A DNA stretch of 64,000 bases from an uncultured virus (IMG/VR IMGVR_UViG_3300008111_000027) (taxonomy: Duplodnaviria; Heunggongvirae; Uroviricota; Caudoviricetes). Both the position numbers and the translations under genes were made by a program. This document shows, in pieces, positions 44,328 through 52,873 of this stretch (position 1 is the stretch's first letter; each line of letters starts with the position of its first letter). The stretch is from IMG/VR virus record IMGVR_UViG_3300008111_000027, positions 1 through 64,000 of that record, one strand, 5' to 3'. The notes under the pieces are model-generated. The model made no database searches. It had not been told where the DNA came from and was given only the letters and a program-made list of their open reading frames with translations.

Positions 44328-47300
44328 TATTGTGGTCTATAATAATTTAATTTATCTTTTACTTCGTTTGATGTTGAAAAGATTTGGTTCGCTTCATCTA
44401 TTATTGTTTGGTTTGTTTCATCTGTTGTGGATGAAATTCCAAACTTAATTTCTTTATCACTTTTCCTTTTTTTGAATTTGGTTAATTTAAATTTCTTTTC
44501 TTCTGGTTTTTCAACAAATTTATTTAATCTCTTTTTCAATTGATTTTTTAGAGGGTCTTTATATAACGAAGGGTCTTTTAGCTCTGATATAAATGCATCT
44601 ACTTTATCGTATAACAATTGTTTCATCATAAATTCAAAATCCGCCGATTGTATTGTTGGATTTAAAAATGTAATATTGGTAGATAGACCATCAACTAATT
44701 TCGGTGCATTTGTCTCAATATAATCAATACAGGTACTATATTCATTATATAATAAATCAGAAGTAAATCCACTAATTGCCACAGATTTAACAACACTGTC
44801 TTGTACTGTTGAATCCTTACCATTTTTAATAACGAAATTAACTCTATCTAAATCAGATATTAGTTGGTTTCTTGATTTTTCAAGTTCATCTAATATTTGA
44901 GTGGAAACGGTAAGTTCATTTATTTTATTTTCAATTATCTCTTTAGTTATAAAATCTTTTAATTTAACATTCGTATCTGTAAGTATTGAGCCGGTCATTT
45001 CTTTATTAAAACCAACCATATCAACTAAATAAGTTGATGATGAATTGTTAAGAAAATTAGCTAATCCTGTTTTTAATCCAGTTGTGTAAACTGTTAATTC
45101 TTGTGTCTTTTTATATAAACCAAGTAATGATAATGTTTTACCCGGTGTTGGTGATGTTGAGGTGTAAATGTCGTATTGATTTATTGGTCTATATTCACCC
45201 TTAAATAAAAGAGCGGTAATATCTTTACCGTATTTTGTATAAACTTTGTTATACGTGTCTTGGTACTTATCAAAATAACTTTCTGTTGAGGCGAAGACGG
45301 ATTTAATTATGTCCGTATATTTTATACTGTTACCATCAAGGGCTCCCATATAATTTCCACCTTTTACATTTTTAGTATTTTGAGATTGATTGGTTTTGTT
45401 AATGGCATTACCATAAGTTTTGTTCAAATCTTCTAAAAATTCACGAGTAAATTCTTCGGCCTTCTTACCACCGATTGTTTCATTTGTTGCAATTGACCTT
45501 TCATCGTACATTTCGGTGTTGGCATAAAAATTAGATGATAGAGCGTTTTGAAGTCGTTCAACAGGTTTTGAAAGACCTTGACCACCAATAAAGTTTATCG
45601 ATAGTGTGACCGAAGCAATCATTGGTTGTACACCAATACCTTCAGGGTTTAAATCCCACAATATTTGACCTCCGTCATCAAAAGATATGTTCACATCTCT
45701 AATGACTATTTTTGAATGGTAAAAATCACCGATTCTTAATACACAAACAGGTGGTGGACCAAAAGAGGTATTTCTTGCTCTAACATCCGAATCTTCTGAT
45801 ATACCTTTAATTGGTATGGTATCACCCGGTCTTATACATTGTTGTAAAAATGTAAGTCTCGCATTTAAACCTTCAGGTGTTGTTGAGTGAAACGCGGGAT
45901 GAAAATATTTTAATTTTTCTTTAAGTGATGAAAAAACAACAGGGTCACTATCTTCTAATTTTTTAAAGTAAAAACATTCAGATAGTGTTTTTGCAATGAT
46001 TCTTTTTAATGGGTCAATTGCCGGTTTCCTTGTTGGTGGATTTACAACAACTTGTCCATTTTCCTCAATTTTTGTTATGGGTGGTTGTGGTGCGGGTGTT
46101 TCGGGTTGTTTCTTCTCTGATTTATTATTGTACTTTAAAGACATTGCAGTTTGTCTACAATAGAACGCAATTGGTGAGTATTGTTTTAATTTTGGTACTC
46201 TAACGAAATCTTTATTAACACAATCTTTATCAGGTTGGGTTCCAGTTAATGTTTCACCATAATTGACCGATTCTACAATAATTTTAGTATCATGTTCAAA
46301 ACCAAAATCTTTTGTACTATATTCTTTTACAATTACAATAGGTTCTCCTTTTTGAATTATTTCTTTGTCGTTATCAGAATTATTTTTATTTACTAAATTT
46401 AAATTTGTTGGCCATTTTATTTGCCATTCTTTTTTTCCTCCGACAGCCGATAATCTATCAAAAATATCTTGAATTACGGAGTGACTTCTTCTTAGTGATA
46501 ATCTTTCGTTGTAATCATTGGTTGCAACTGATGAACATGAAGATAAAATTTGAAATCTAATTGTTTCCGCTGTTTTACCAGATATGTCTGATATTAAACT
46601 ATTTAAACTAGATTCATATTTATTAAATGACACATCGGCTTCATCAAAATAATCACCGATTTTTGTTTTTTGAGCATCAATGTCGGATTGTGTTATAACG
46701 TGATTAGCATCACCAAAAATAAAAGATTTTTCTGTTTTTACTTGAGTGTCTGTTTGAGACAAACCAGTTAAAGTATTTAACGCGGCACCTAATTCATTAA
46801 TATAAGCTTGTTTTTGGTCTTTGTAAGCTTTGTATAATTGTGTATAATTTTGTGTGGTATCAACTTTATCTCTTGGTCCCGGTATATCGTTTTCATACTT
46901 TAATTTAATTATAACCTCATCAACAGCTTTAGAATCTGCTTCGTTACCTTGTGTTGTTGTGTTTGTTGGTGTTGTTTCTGTTGGATACTCAGTGGTTACC
47001 TTATATTGTTTGATAGTTTCGGGGTCTTGTCCTTGATTTAAGAAACTTTGAATTAGTTTTATATCGTTTGTATCTAATTGAGCGAATCTTCTGATTAATG
47101 CGTAGAAATCTAATTCCTCACACCCCGCAAAAAATGCGTTGATATAATTTTCCGATTCTTCATCGGACATTCCTTTAAAGTATTCTCTAACCAATAAATT
47201 TAAAATACTTGGGTGGTCCACTACAACCTTAAATGATAATTGACCGCTTCTAGAAGTATCTTGATAAGTATATATTGGTTCAGGTCTACCTAAAAACGTA

Positions 47301-49162
47301 TTGTCTTGCCATCTAGCTTGGTTGTTCTCGCTAACTTTCAAATCATACGGAGGAAACCACATAACCCTACCTCCATTATTACCTCTCTCACAGAATGGTA
47401 AATCATTGTATGTGAAACCAGGTGTATTAGATGTTCTCCATGCTAAGTTCTCAATTGAGAACATATATTTTTTAGCGTAAAATCCATCACCTGTGGGTGA
47501 TTCAAATATGTTTGTTGAATTCTTTGCACCAAATGAGTTTTTAAAACTATTTTTTGCATCATAGTTTCCGCTTGACATTGGTGCGATATTAATATTCCAA
47601 GGTCTGCTCTCACCACCCATTACACTATCATCAAATTTTCTGATATTAGCGGTTCTTTTCATTGTGTCTGAATAGTTCATATAAGACCTATCTTTGGTCC
47701 ACACCCTACAATATTCAGCACCTGTTTCTTGTTTATACTTGTCAACAAATTTAATTGCGGAACCTCGAGACAACATACTGTCACCTTCTTTAAAAATTCT
47801 ACTTGTTTGGTCAATAACATTACCAACGTGTGTTCTTGTGGCTTGACCATCTTTAGGCATTGAATCCAAGATTTCTTGAGTTTTACCCAAAATTGAATCT
47901 TCTCTAAATCCGTATTTTGTTGAAATTGAATTGTTGTACGTATCACTTTCTCTTGATTGGAATTCCTCGTTCCATAATCCAATTTTGTTTTGTGAGTTCT
48001 TACTAATCCACGTCAGTTTACCACTAATTGGTCCACCTTGGGAAATATTTCTTTGTCTCTCGAATAACGCGGCTTGTACCGGGTCAAACATTAAACTTAA
48101 GAAGTAACTACTTTTAACCATGTTGTCATTAAAGTCTGACATGGTATATTTCACGTCTTCACTTCTATCGTCTCCAATATATGCGACACCTTTTGGTGCT
48201 TCTAATCCTAAAACAGTTTTTACCCCTTGAGCAAAACTATTCGCAAAATTGAAAATTTTTGATGACTGTTGTGACCTCGCTGTTGTTGTATAATTTGGAG
48301 CATATGTTGAATATGTTAATTGGTCAAATAATATTTGTTTCTGACCCTCTCCCATGTATTCAATCATTAAATCGGAAGGTTTTCTTCCGAGTTTAGGTCT
48401 TCTTTGAATACCAACTAAACTTCCTAAAACACCAGTAACGTCTTGTAAAATAGCGCCGGCTTCTGTTTTTGGTGTTGGTCTATTTTCAATAGGGTTTCTT
48501 GGGTTGGTTAAATAATCGCCAGGTATTTCACTAAAAGGGAATTCAATACCTGCAACTGTTTGAAGAAAATCAACACCCTTTCCTAATAAACTTTTAGCAA
48601 CGGTAATCTTATAATTTTTTTCAACTAAAGGTTCTCTACCTGTAACAATATTAATTGCAGTCGCGGTATTTCCACCTAACGCATCTAACGCCCTAACCCT
48701 ACCTAATGTTGCGGATTCCAAATTTTGTTGTAATCTAGCAAAGACAGGTCCTTGTTTGTTTTCTCTAATGTTTTGTGTGGCGAATTTCATTAACCTCGAA
48801 TCACTATCGAAGTTTTGGCCCGCCATAATACTAATTAAATTTGTTGTTTGGGGTTCGAATGAATTTACATATCCAGCTGGATTTATACCACCTAATAATA
48901 AAGCTAAAGACGGTAAAGATGTGTCAGTATATTCTTCAATTGTGTTATTGGGTGGAACATATAAATTGATAAAATTTTGTCCAAAATAAACCGCCCAATT
49001 TGTTTTAACGTCACCGGGGTCGACATTAGCAAAATTATTTAGATTCTGAACACTATAATTCGCATCCGTGAACGTTTGAGGTCCATTCGGTCTATTCAGA
49101 GTTTTTGAAATTAAAAAGTCCCTGAAAGTTTTGGTGTTATTAAAATCTAAATATGTTGGCAT
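44327..49162 (-). CDS. Tail tube initiator-like baseplate protein (gp48/gp54-like) with inserted OmpA-like domain
   Basis: 1611 aa. Tube-initiator motifs FLGRPEPIYTYQDTSRSGQLSFKVVVD and PPVCVLRIGDFYHSKIVIRDVNISFD flank YNERLSLRRSHSV...NYGE. Confidence 0.65.
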   Translation of the reverse strand: MPTYLDFNNTKTFRDFLISKTLNRPNGPQTFTDANYSVQNLNNFANVDPGDVKTNWAVYFGQNFINLYVPPNNTIEEYTDTSLPSLALLLGGINPAGYVNSFEPQTTNLISIMAGQNFDSDSRLMKFATQNIRENKQGPVFARLQQNLESATLGRVRALDALGGNTATAINIVTGREPLVEKNYKITVAKSLLGKGVDFLQTVAGIEFPFSEIPGDYLTNPRNPIENRPTPKTEAGAILQDVTGVLGSLVGIQRRPKLGRKPSDLMIEYMGEGQKQILFDQLTYSTYAPNYTTTARSQQSSKIFNFANSFAQGVKTVLGLEAPKGVAYIGDDRSEDVKYTMSDFNDNMVKSSYFLSLMFDPVQAALFERQRNISQGGPISGKLTWISKNSQNKIGLWNEEFQSRESDTYNNSISTKYGFREDSILGKTQEILDSMPKDGQATRTHVGNVIDQTSRIFKEGDSMLSRGSAIKFVDKYKQETGAEYCRVWTKDRSYMNYSDTMKRTANIRKFDDSVMGGESRPWNINIAPMSSGNYDAKNSFKNSFGAKNSTNIFESPTGDGFYAKKYMFSIENLAWRTSNTPGFTYNDLPFCERGNNGGRVMWFPPYDLKVSENNQARWQDNTFLGRPEPIYTYQDTSRSGQLSFKVVVDHPSILNLLVREYFKGMSDEESENYINAFFAGCEELDFYALIRRFAQLDTNDIKLIQSFLNQGQDPETIKQYKVTTEYPTETTPTNTTTQGNEADSKAVDEVIIKLKYENDIPGPRDKVDTTQNYTQLYKAYKDQKQAYINELGAALNTLTGLSQTDTQVKTEKSFIFGDANHVITQSDIDAQKTKIGDYFDEADVSFNKYESSLNSLISDISGKTAETIRFQILSSCSSVATNDYNERLSLRRSHSVIQDIFDRLSAVGGKKEWQIKWPTNLNLVNKNNSDNDKEIIQKGEPIVIVKEYSTKDFGFEHDTKIIVESVNYGETLTGTQPDKDCVNKDFVRVPKLKQYSPIAFYCRQTAMSLKYNNKSEKKQPETPAPQPPITKIEENGQVVVNPPTRKPAIDPLKRIIAKTLSECFYFKKLEDSDPVVFSSLKEKLKYFHPAFHSTTPEGLNARLTFLQQCIRPGDTIPIKGISEDSDVRARNTSFGPPPVCVLRIGDFYHSKIVIRDVNISFDDGGQILWDLNPEGIGVQPMIASVTLSINFIGGQGLSKPVERLQNALSSNFYANTEMYDERSIATNETIGGKKAEEFTREFLEDLNKTYGNAINKTNQSQNTKNVKGGNYMGALDGNSIKYTDIIKSVFASTESYFDKYQDTYNKVYTKYGKDITALLFKGEYRPINQYDIYTSTSPTPGKTLSLLGLYKKTQELTVYTTGLKTGLANFLNNSSSTYLVDMVGFNKEMTGSILTDTNVKLKDFITKEIIENKINELTVSTQILDELEKSRNQLISDLDRVNFVIKNGKDSTVQDSVVKSVAISGFTSDLLYNEYSTCIDYIETNAPKLVDGLSTNITFLNPTIQSADFEFMMKQLLYDKVDAFISELKDPSLYKDPLKNQLKKRLNKFVEKPEEKKFKLTKFKKRKSDKEIKFGISSTTDETNQTIIDEANQIFSTSNEVKDKLNYYRPQ

Positions 49163-49169
49163 TTATATT

Positions 49170-49176
49170 ATAAATA
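49170..49176 (-). promoter_or_regulatory. Candidate late promoter TATTTAT
   Basis: 7 nt upstream of ATG 49162. Confidence 0.55.
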
Positions 49177-49190
49177 GAAACTTTTTAATT

Positions 49191-51146
49191 TTAATTAAAT
49201 TGAGGTGGTAAGGTAAAAGATGTGTAATCTAAATCCGATGGTATAAAACTTTGAGACATATCATTAGCCAATGATGGACTATTATTAATCGCCCTAACAA
49301 CATTATCAACAACGGCTCCGTCTGATTTAACAGTATGTGTATGGTTAACATTTACTGTTGAAGTTGTTGGTGTGGTAGATGATTCTTTTCCTTTTAATCT
49401 GTTCTCTAAATCAGATTCACTCACACCCATACTTTTAGCAACTAAAGCTTTAGCAGGTGCAACCGCTTCGCTAACCATTTTGGAAAATAAACCTTCGTCT
49501 GTTTTTTGTAAACCACCTAAACTTGTCTTTTCTTTTAAATTTCTAGATAATTCTAAACCTTCAATGTATTTGTCAAACTCAGCCAGAGGTTTTCTTATTT
49601 CTGCGGCGGCTTGTACTTTAGCAACCGTCAATAACGCACTTATGTCTTTTTGCATATTTTGAGTTACCGTGTATTGGTCTCTCGCAATATCCTCAACAGA
49701 CATTTCTTCAAACGCTTTTTGATTCTCCAATAACCCTTTTGCAATCGTAGGATTTAGTTCATCCAAAGCGACTTTGGTATCTTTTAATCCCATCTTATCT
49801 GCTAAAGATTGAGGAATATCTATAACCATTCTACCACCTTCCATTTTGGAGATATTGGTTAAGAATTCTTTTTCTTTTTCATCTATTTGTAAACCTGAGG
49901 ATAATAACGCGGTAGCCGCCGATGACCTTTCCGCAGCTTTAATTGCGGTTTTGGACATTTCCTCCATACTCATACCCATTTGGTCAGCTAAAGCTTTAGA
50001 TTTTCTTAAGTTTGCACCTGTAATTTCAAATCTACCTAATTCGGAATTATATGTCGCTAATGAACCCGCAACACCTATCATCGCATCTTGTAGACCACCG
50101 GCATCATTTGTTGCCATATACATTAGTTTCAATGGGTCGTTGAAATCTCCAATCGCTCCACCTATAGCTTGTAATTCTGCGGACAACGCAATTGCTTGGT
50201 CGGGGTCAAAAAGTTTCTCCGCCATTGATTTAACCTTTTCAATGTTCATGTTAAATTCAATAGACTTCTGAACCATTCTGGTTAATCCCTCAACACCATT
50301 TTTAAATCCAATAGTGTTTAATTTGTCCATATTAGCACCAACATCTGCTACCACCTTTCTCGCGTTTAAACCAAGAGTTAATGAACTTTTACCCGCCCTG
50401 TCAATTTCTTTGATTGCGTCTTTTGCTCCAATACCTACTTTTTCAAACGAATCCAGTGCAGCTCCCAATTTAGATAAATCACCGTAAAAAGCTCTAGCGG
50501 TTTTTTGTGATTCTTGTAAAACATCACTACCAAATGTTGTCATCTTACCTGTTTGTTCAACCATTTGTACCGCATAATCTTTTACATCCTCAAATCCAAA
50601 TCCCATAGCGGTAGCGGCTGGTAATGTTTCAAATATATTGTTTCTAAATTCTCTTGATAATTCACCTGTTAATCCAAGTTCAGAATTAATTTTATTTCTT
50701 AACTCTACTTCTTGTGTTTGTATTTTTATTAATTCATCACCAAGAAAAGATACCATCTCTTTGGCGCCTTTAACACCTAATTGAACCATAAAATCAGGTA
50801 GATTTTTTGATTCTCTTGCAATTTTACCTATTGTTTCAGATATGGTACTAAATTGGAATACAGTATCTTTTGATAATGATAATGATGAAACGGGGTTTGA
50901 ATACCCTAAGTCCGCAATATTTTGAGTTTTAAGTAGGTCTGTAGCAAAAGCGGCTGTTTTACTACCACCACTTCCTGTATTTCCTCCACTTGATGGTTCT
51001 TTTTGATTATAAAATGACCAATAAGTATCTACTTGACCCATTAAAGAACTGTTATTCTTCACGGATTCAAATTTCAAGAACTCGTTTTTGAATTGAGTAT
51101 AATTTAAACCTGCTCTTAATTTGGATACTTCTTCGTTAATTGTCAT
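49191..51146 (-). CDS. Tape measure protein
   Basis: 651 aa, Ala/Gly/Met-rich and helical (ALADQMGMSMEEM); canonical position after the tube and chaperone genes. Confidence 0.75.
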   Translation of the reverse strand: MTINEEVSKLRAGLNYTQFKNEFLKFESVKNNSSLMGQVDTYWSFYNQKEPSSGGNTGSGGSKTAAFATDLLKTQNIADLGYSNPVSSLSLSKDTVFQFSTISETIGKIARESKNLPDFMVQLGVKGAKEMVSFLGDELIKIQTQEVELRNKINSELGLTGELSREFRNNIFETLPAATAMGFGFEDVKDYAVQMVEQTGKMTTFGSDVLQESQKTARAFYGDLSKLGAALDSFEKVGIGAKDAIKEIDRAGKSSLTLGLNARKVVADVGANMDKLNTIGFKNGVEGLTRMVQKSIEFNMNIEKVKSMAEKLFDPDQAIALSAELQAIGGAIGDFNDPLKLMYMATNDAGGLQDAMIGVAGSLATYNSELGRFEITGANLRKSKALADQMGMSMEEMSKTAIKAAERSSAATALLSSGLQIDEKEKEFLTNISKMEGGRMVIDIPQSLADKMGLKDTKVALDELNPTIAKGLLENQKAFEEMSVEDIARDQYTVTQNMQKDISALLTVAKVQAAAEIRKPLAEFDKYIEGLELSRNLKEKTSLGGLQKTDEGLFSKMVSEAVAPAKALVAKSMGVSESDLENRLKGKESSTTPTTSTVNVNHTHTVKSDGAVVDNVVRAINNSPSLANDMSQSFIPSDLDYTSFTLPPQFN

Positions 51147-51150
51147 ATCA

Positions 51151-51157
51151 ATAAATA
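51151..51157 (-). promoter_or_regulatory. Candidate late promoter TATTTAT
   Basis: 4 nt upstream of ATG 51146. Confidence 0.5.
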
Positions 51158-51320
51158 TTATTTAGGAGTGTTTTCTAATTCAATAATGTACTCCACGTAA
51201 TATCTACGTATGAAAACTGGCATGGTGATAATGTCACCATAACTAAAACCTCTTTTGATTAAAAATAAAATTTCGTCTAACTGTCCTTTCTTATAAGCCA
51301 TAGAAAGGGCGAAAAAACTC
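51158..51320 (-). CDS. Tail assembly chaperone second part (T4-like gp51 / gpT-like), possibly a frameshift extension
   Basis: FSYGDIITMPVFIRRYY motif; overlaps the chaperone 3' end in the +1 frame. An alternative own ATG (MAYKK) lies at about 51301. Confidence 0.65.
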
Positions 51321-52040
51321 AACCCCGAACCCAATTTCAACTTGGGTGTCTTCTCCTGACGGGGTTTTTACTGTTTTTGTTAAATCTAATCCTGGTTTAT
51401 TTTCTTTTAGAAATTTTCTGAAATCTTGAGAGTCTTTAATTGGTAATCTCTCAACAAAATTATGTATGTTCATCATATCTCTATTGCCGGCAACAGACTT
51501 AATCATCATTTCTAATTGTTTGGTGACAACAGGTGCAACACCTTGACCATTCCAACTCTTTCTTAAATCATCAAGTTCTTTCTCTTGTTTTGGTGTTAAA
51601 AATTTAAATGTGATTTGAACTTTTGATTTTTCCATAAAATATGGATATTCACCGTTTGAATCTGATTCTAAATTAAAATCTTTGAATTTTAATTCACTCA
51701 TATCAACAGAAATCTCAAAATCCTTTTCAGTTTTTGGGTCAGTTAAATAAAATTTATATTCGGGACCAAAAGCGGTGTTTCTTAAAAATATTAACACTGC
51801 TTGTCTATCTTCTTCAACAATGTCTTCAATTTGAATATCTCTATCTAATATTTTTCTTCTAAGTAATTCATCAATTACACCATTTGTCGCAATTAAATTT
51901 TGCGCGGATAAAATATTTTCATCCGCAGCCGTTAAGTATGCAACTTTAAGTGATTTCTTTTTATTTTGATAGTGTATACCTCTTGAAGGTAGTTCAACAA
52001 CATCATAAGCGATTGTTGGGTCGACTCTAAATTCTTCCAT
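51291..52040 (-). CDS. Tail/baseplate assembly chaperone (T4 gp26-like)
   Basis: VELPSRG..Y, LTAADENIL, DRQAVLIFLR..AFG, PGLDL and C-terminal GVEFF; lies between tube and tape measure genes. Confidence 0.8.
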   Translation of the reverse strand: MEEFRVDPTIAYDVVELPSRGIHYQNKKKSLKVAYLTAADENILSAQNLIATNGVIDELLRRKILDRDIQIEDIVEEDRQAVLIFLRNTAFGPEYKFYLTDPKTEKDFEISVDMSELKFKDFNLESDSNGEYPYFMEKSKVQITFKFLTPKQEKELDDLRKSWNGQGVAPVVTKQLEMMIKSVAGNRDMMNIHNFVERLPIKDSQDFRKFLKENKPGLDLTKTVKTPSGEDTQVEIGFGVEFFRPFYGL

Positions 52041-52082
52041 ATTTGTTTTATTTAATAACTAGTATAATTTACAAAAACTTAT

Positions 52083-52116
52083 AAAAAAAGTAAAGGTCTC
52101 CTTTTGAGAGACCTTT
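52083..52116 (-). terminator. Terminator after tail tube gene
   Basis: Stem AAAGGTCTC/GAGACCTTT followed by ACTTTTTTT on the minus strand. Confidence 0.7.
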
Positions 52117-52141
52117 TATTGACAGATTTTTTATTATTTGA

Positions 52142-52525
52142 TTAGTAAACTAATATACATCTATCCATAACCCCCGTTGGGTCTAACATTTCTAATTCAA
52201 TATCTTTTTTGTAACCAGCTGCGTAACCCATACGACCTGTAACTGATTCAGCGTGTAGACGGAACCACTCCATCAATGCTTGTGCCGCTGAAGGACCAAT
52301 AGGGTCTTTGAAGGTTACTCTTATTTCATTCCATTCAAATCTACCAGCTACGTATGTTGATGTGTTGATGAAAGGAATTGCAACTGAGTTAATTTTTGCA
52401 CTAGGTCTTGCACTTGAGGTTACGTACCACTCGTTAATACCCAATGATGATGGGAATCTAAGTATGAATCGGTTAACTCTCTTCGGTTCGTAAGGAACCG
52501 GCATTTTCATTAATAAATCTGCCAT
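52142..52525 (-). CDS. Tail tube protein (T4 gp19-like), apparently short
   Basis: EPKRVNRF, RPS, YVAGRFEWNEIRVTFKD, ALMEW, YKKDIELEMLDPTG; next gene after the sheath; only 127 aa. Confidence 0.88.
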   Translation of the reverse strand: MADLLMKMPVPYEPKRVNRFILRFPSSLGINEWYVTSSARPSAKINSVAIPFINTSTYVAGRFEWNEIRVTFKDPIGPSAAQALMEWFRLHAESVTGRMGYAAGYKKDIELEMLDPTGVMDRCILVY

Positions 52526-52567
52526 GTCAATATTTGTTTTTTAATTTTTTTATTTTTAATCTTTCTT

Positions 52568-52574
52568 ATAAATA
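52568..52574 (-). promoter_or_regulatory. Candidate late promoter TATTTAT for tube gene
   Basis: 42 nt upstream of ATG 52525. Confidence 0.5.
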
Positions 52575-52647
52575 TGTTGTATATGAAAAAACAAAAAAAA
52601 TCTTCTCAATACTTGATTTTGTGAAAATTATTTCGTATTTTTTCCAT

Positions 52648-52765
52648 ACTAGTACTAGATGCTAGTAAATTAAGAACTAGATTAAAGAAACTAGAATAAC
52701 TATAAAGAAATAAACTAGATAAAAATAAACTAGAACTAGAACTAGAATACTGGTGCATATACTGG
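52648..52765. repeat. Array of nine CTAG (mostly ACTAGA) motifs, origin-like
   Basis: CTAG at 52649, 52655, 52662, 52677, 52691, 52715, 52730, 52736 and 52742, plus ACTGG variants at 52749 and 52761, in A-rich intergenic DNA. Confidence 0.8.
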
Positions 52766-52824
52766 GTAATTTATAATTTTATTTTTTTTATATTTGGTAA
52801 TTCCGTAGGTCACACTATATTATA

Positions 52825-52842
52825 ATGTTCCACGTGGAACAT
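52825..52842. promoter_or_regulatory. parS: parS-like ParB-binding palindrome
   Basis: Perfect 18-bp palindrome ATGTTCCACGTGGAACAT. Its 16-bp core differs at one position from the chromosomal parS consensus TGTTNCACGTGAAACA. Confidence 0.8.
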
Positions 52843-52870
52843 AAAATAGGGAGGGTTTCCCCTCCCCTTT
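52843..52870 (-). terminator. Terminator after tail sheath gene
   Basis: Minus strand GGGAGGG-GAAA-CCCTCCC-TATTTT immediately after the sheath stop. Confidence 0.8.
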
Positions 52871-52873
52871 TTA

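Noticed and set aside
52606..52758. 50-aa minus-strand ORF MHQYSSSSSSLFLSS... across the CTAG array
   Set aside because: Low complexity, located after a terminator, and its Ser runs are a by-product of TCTAGT repeats. Kept only as an alternative explanation.
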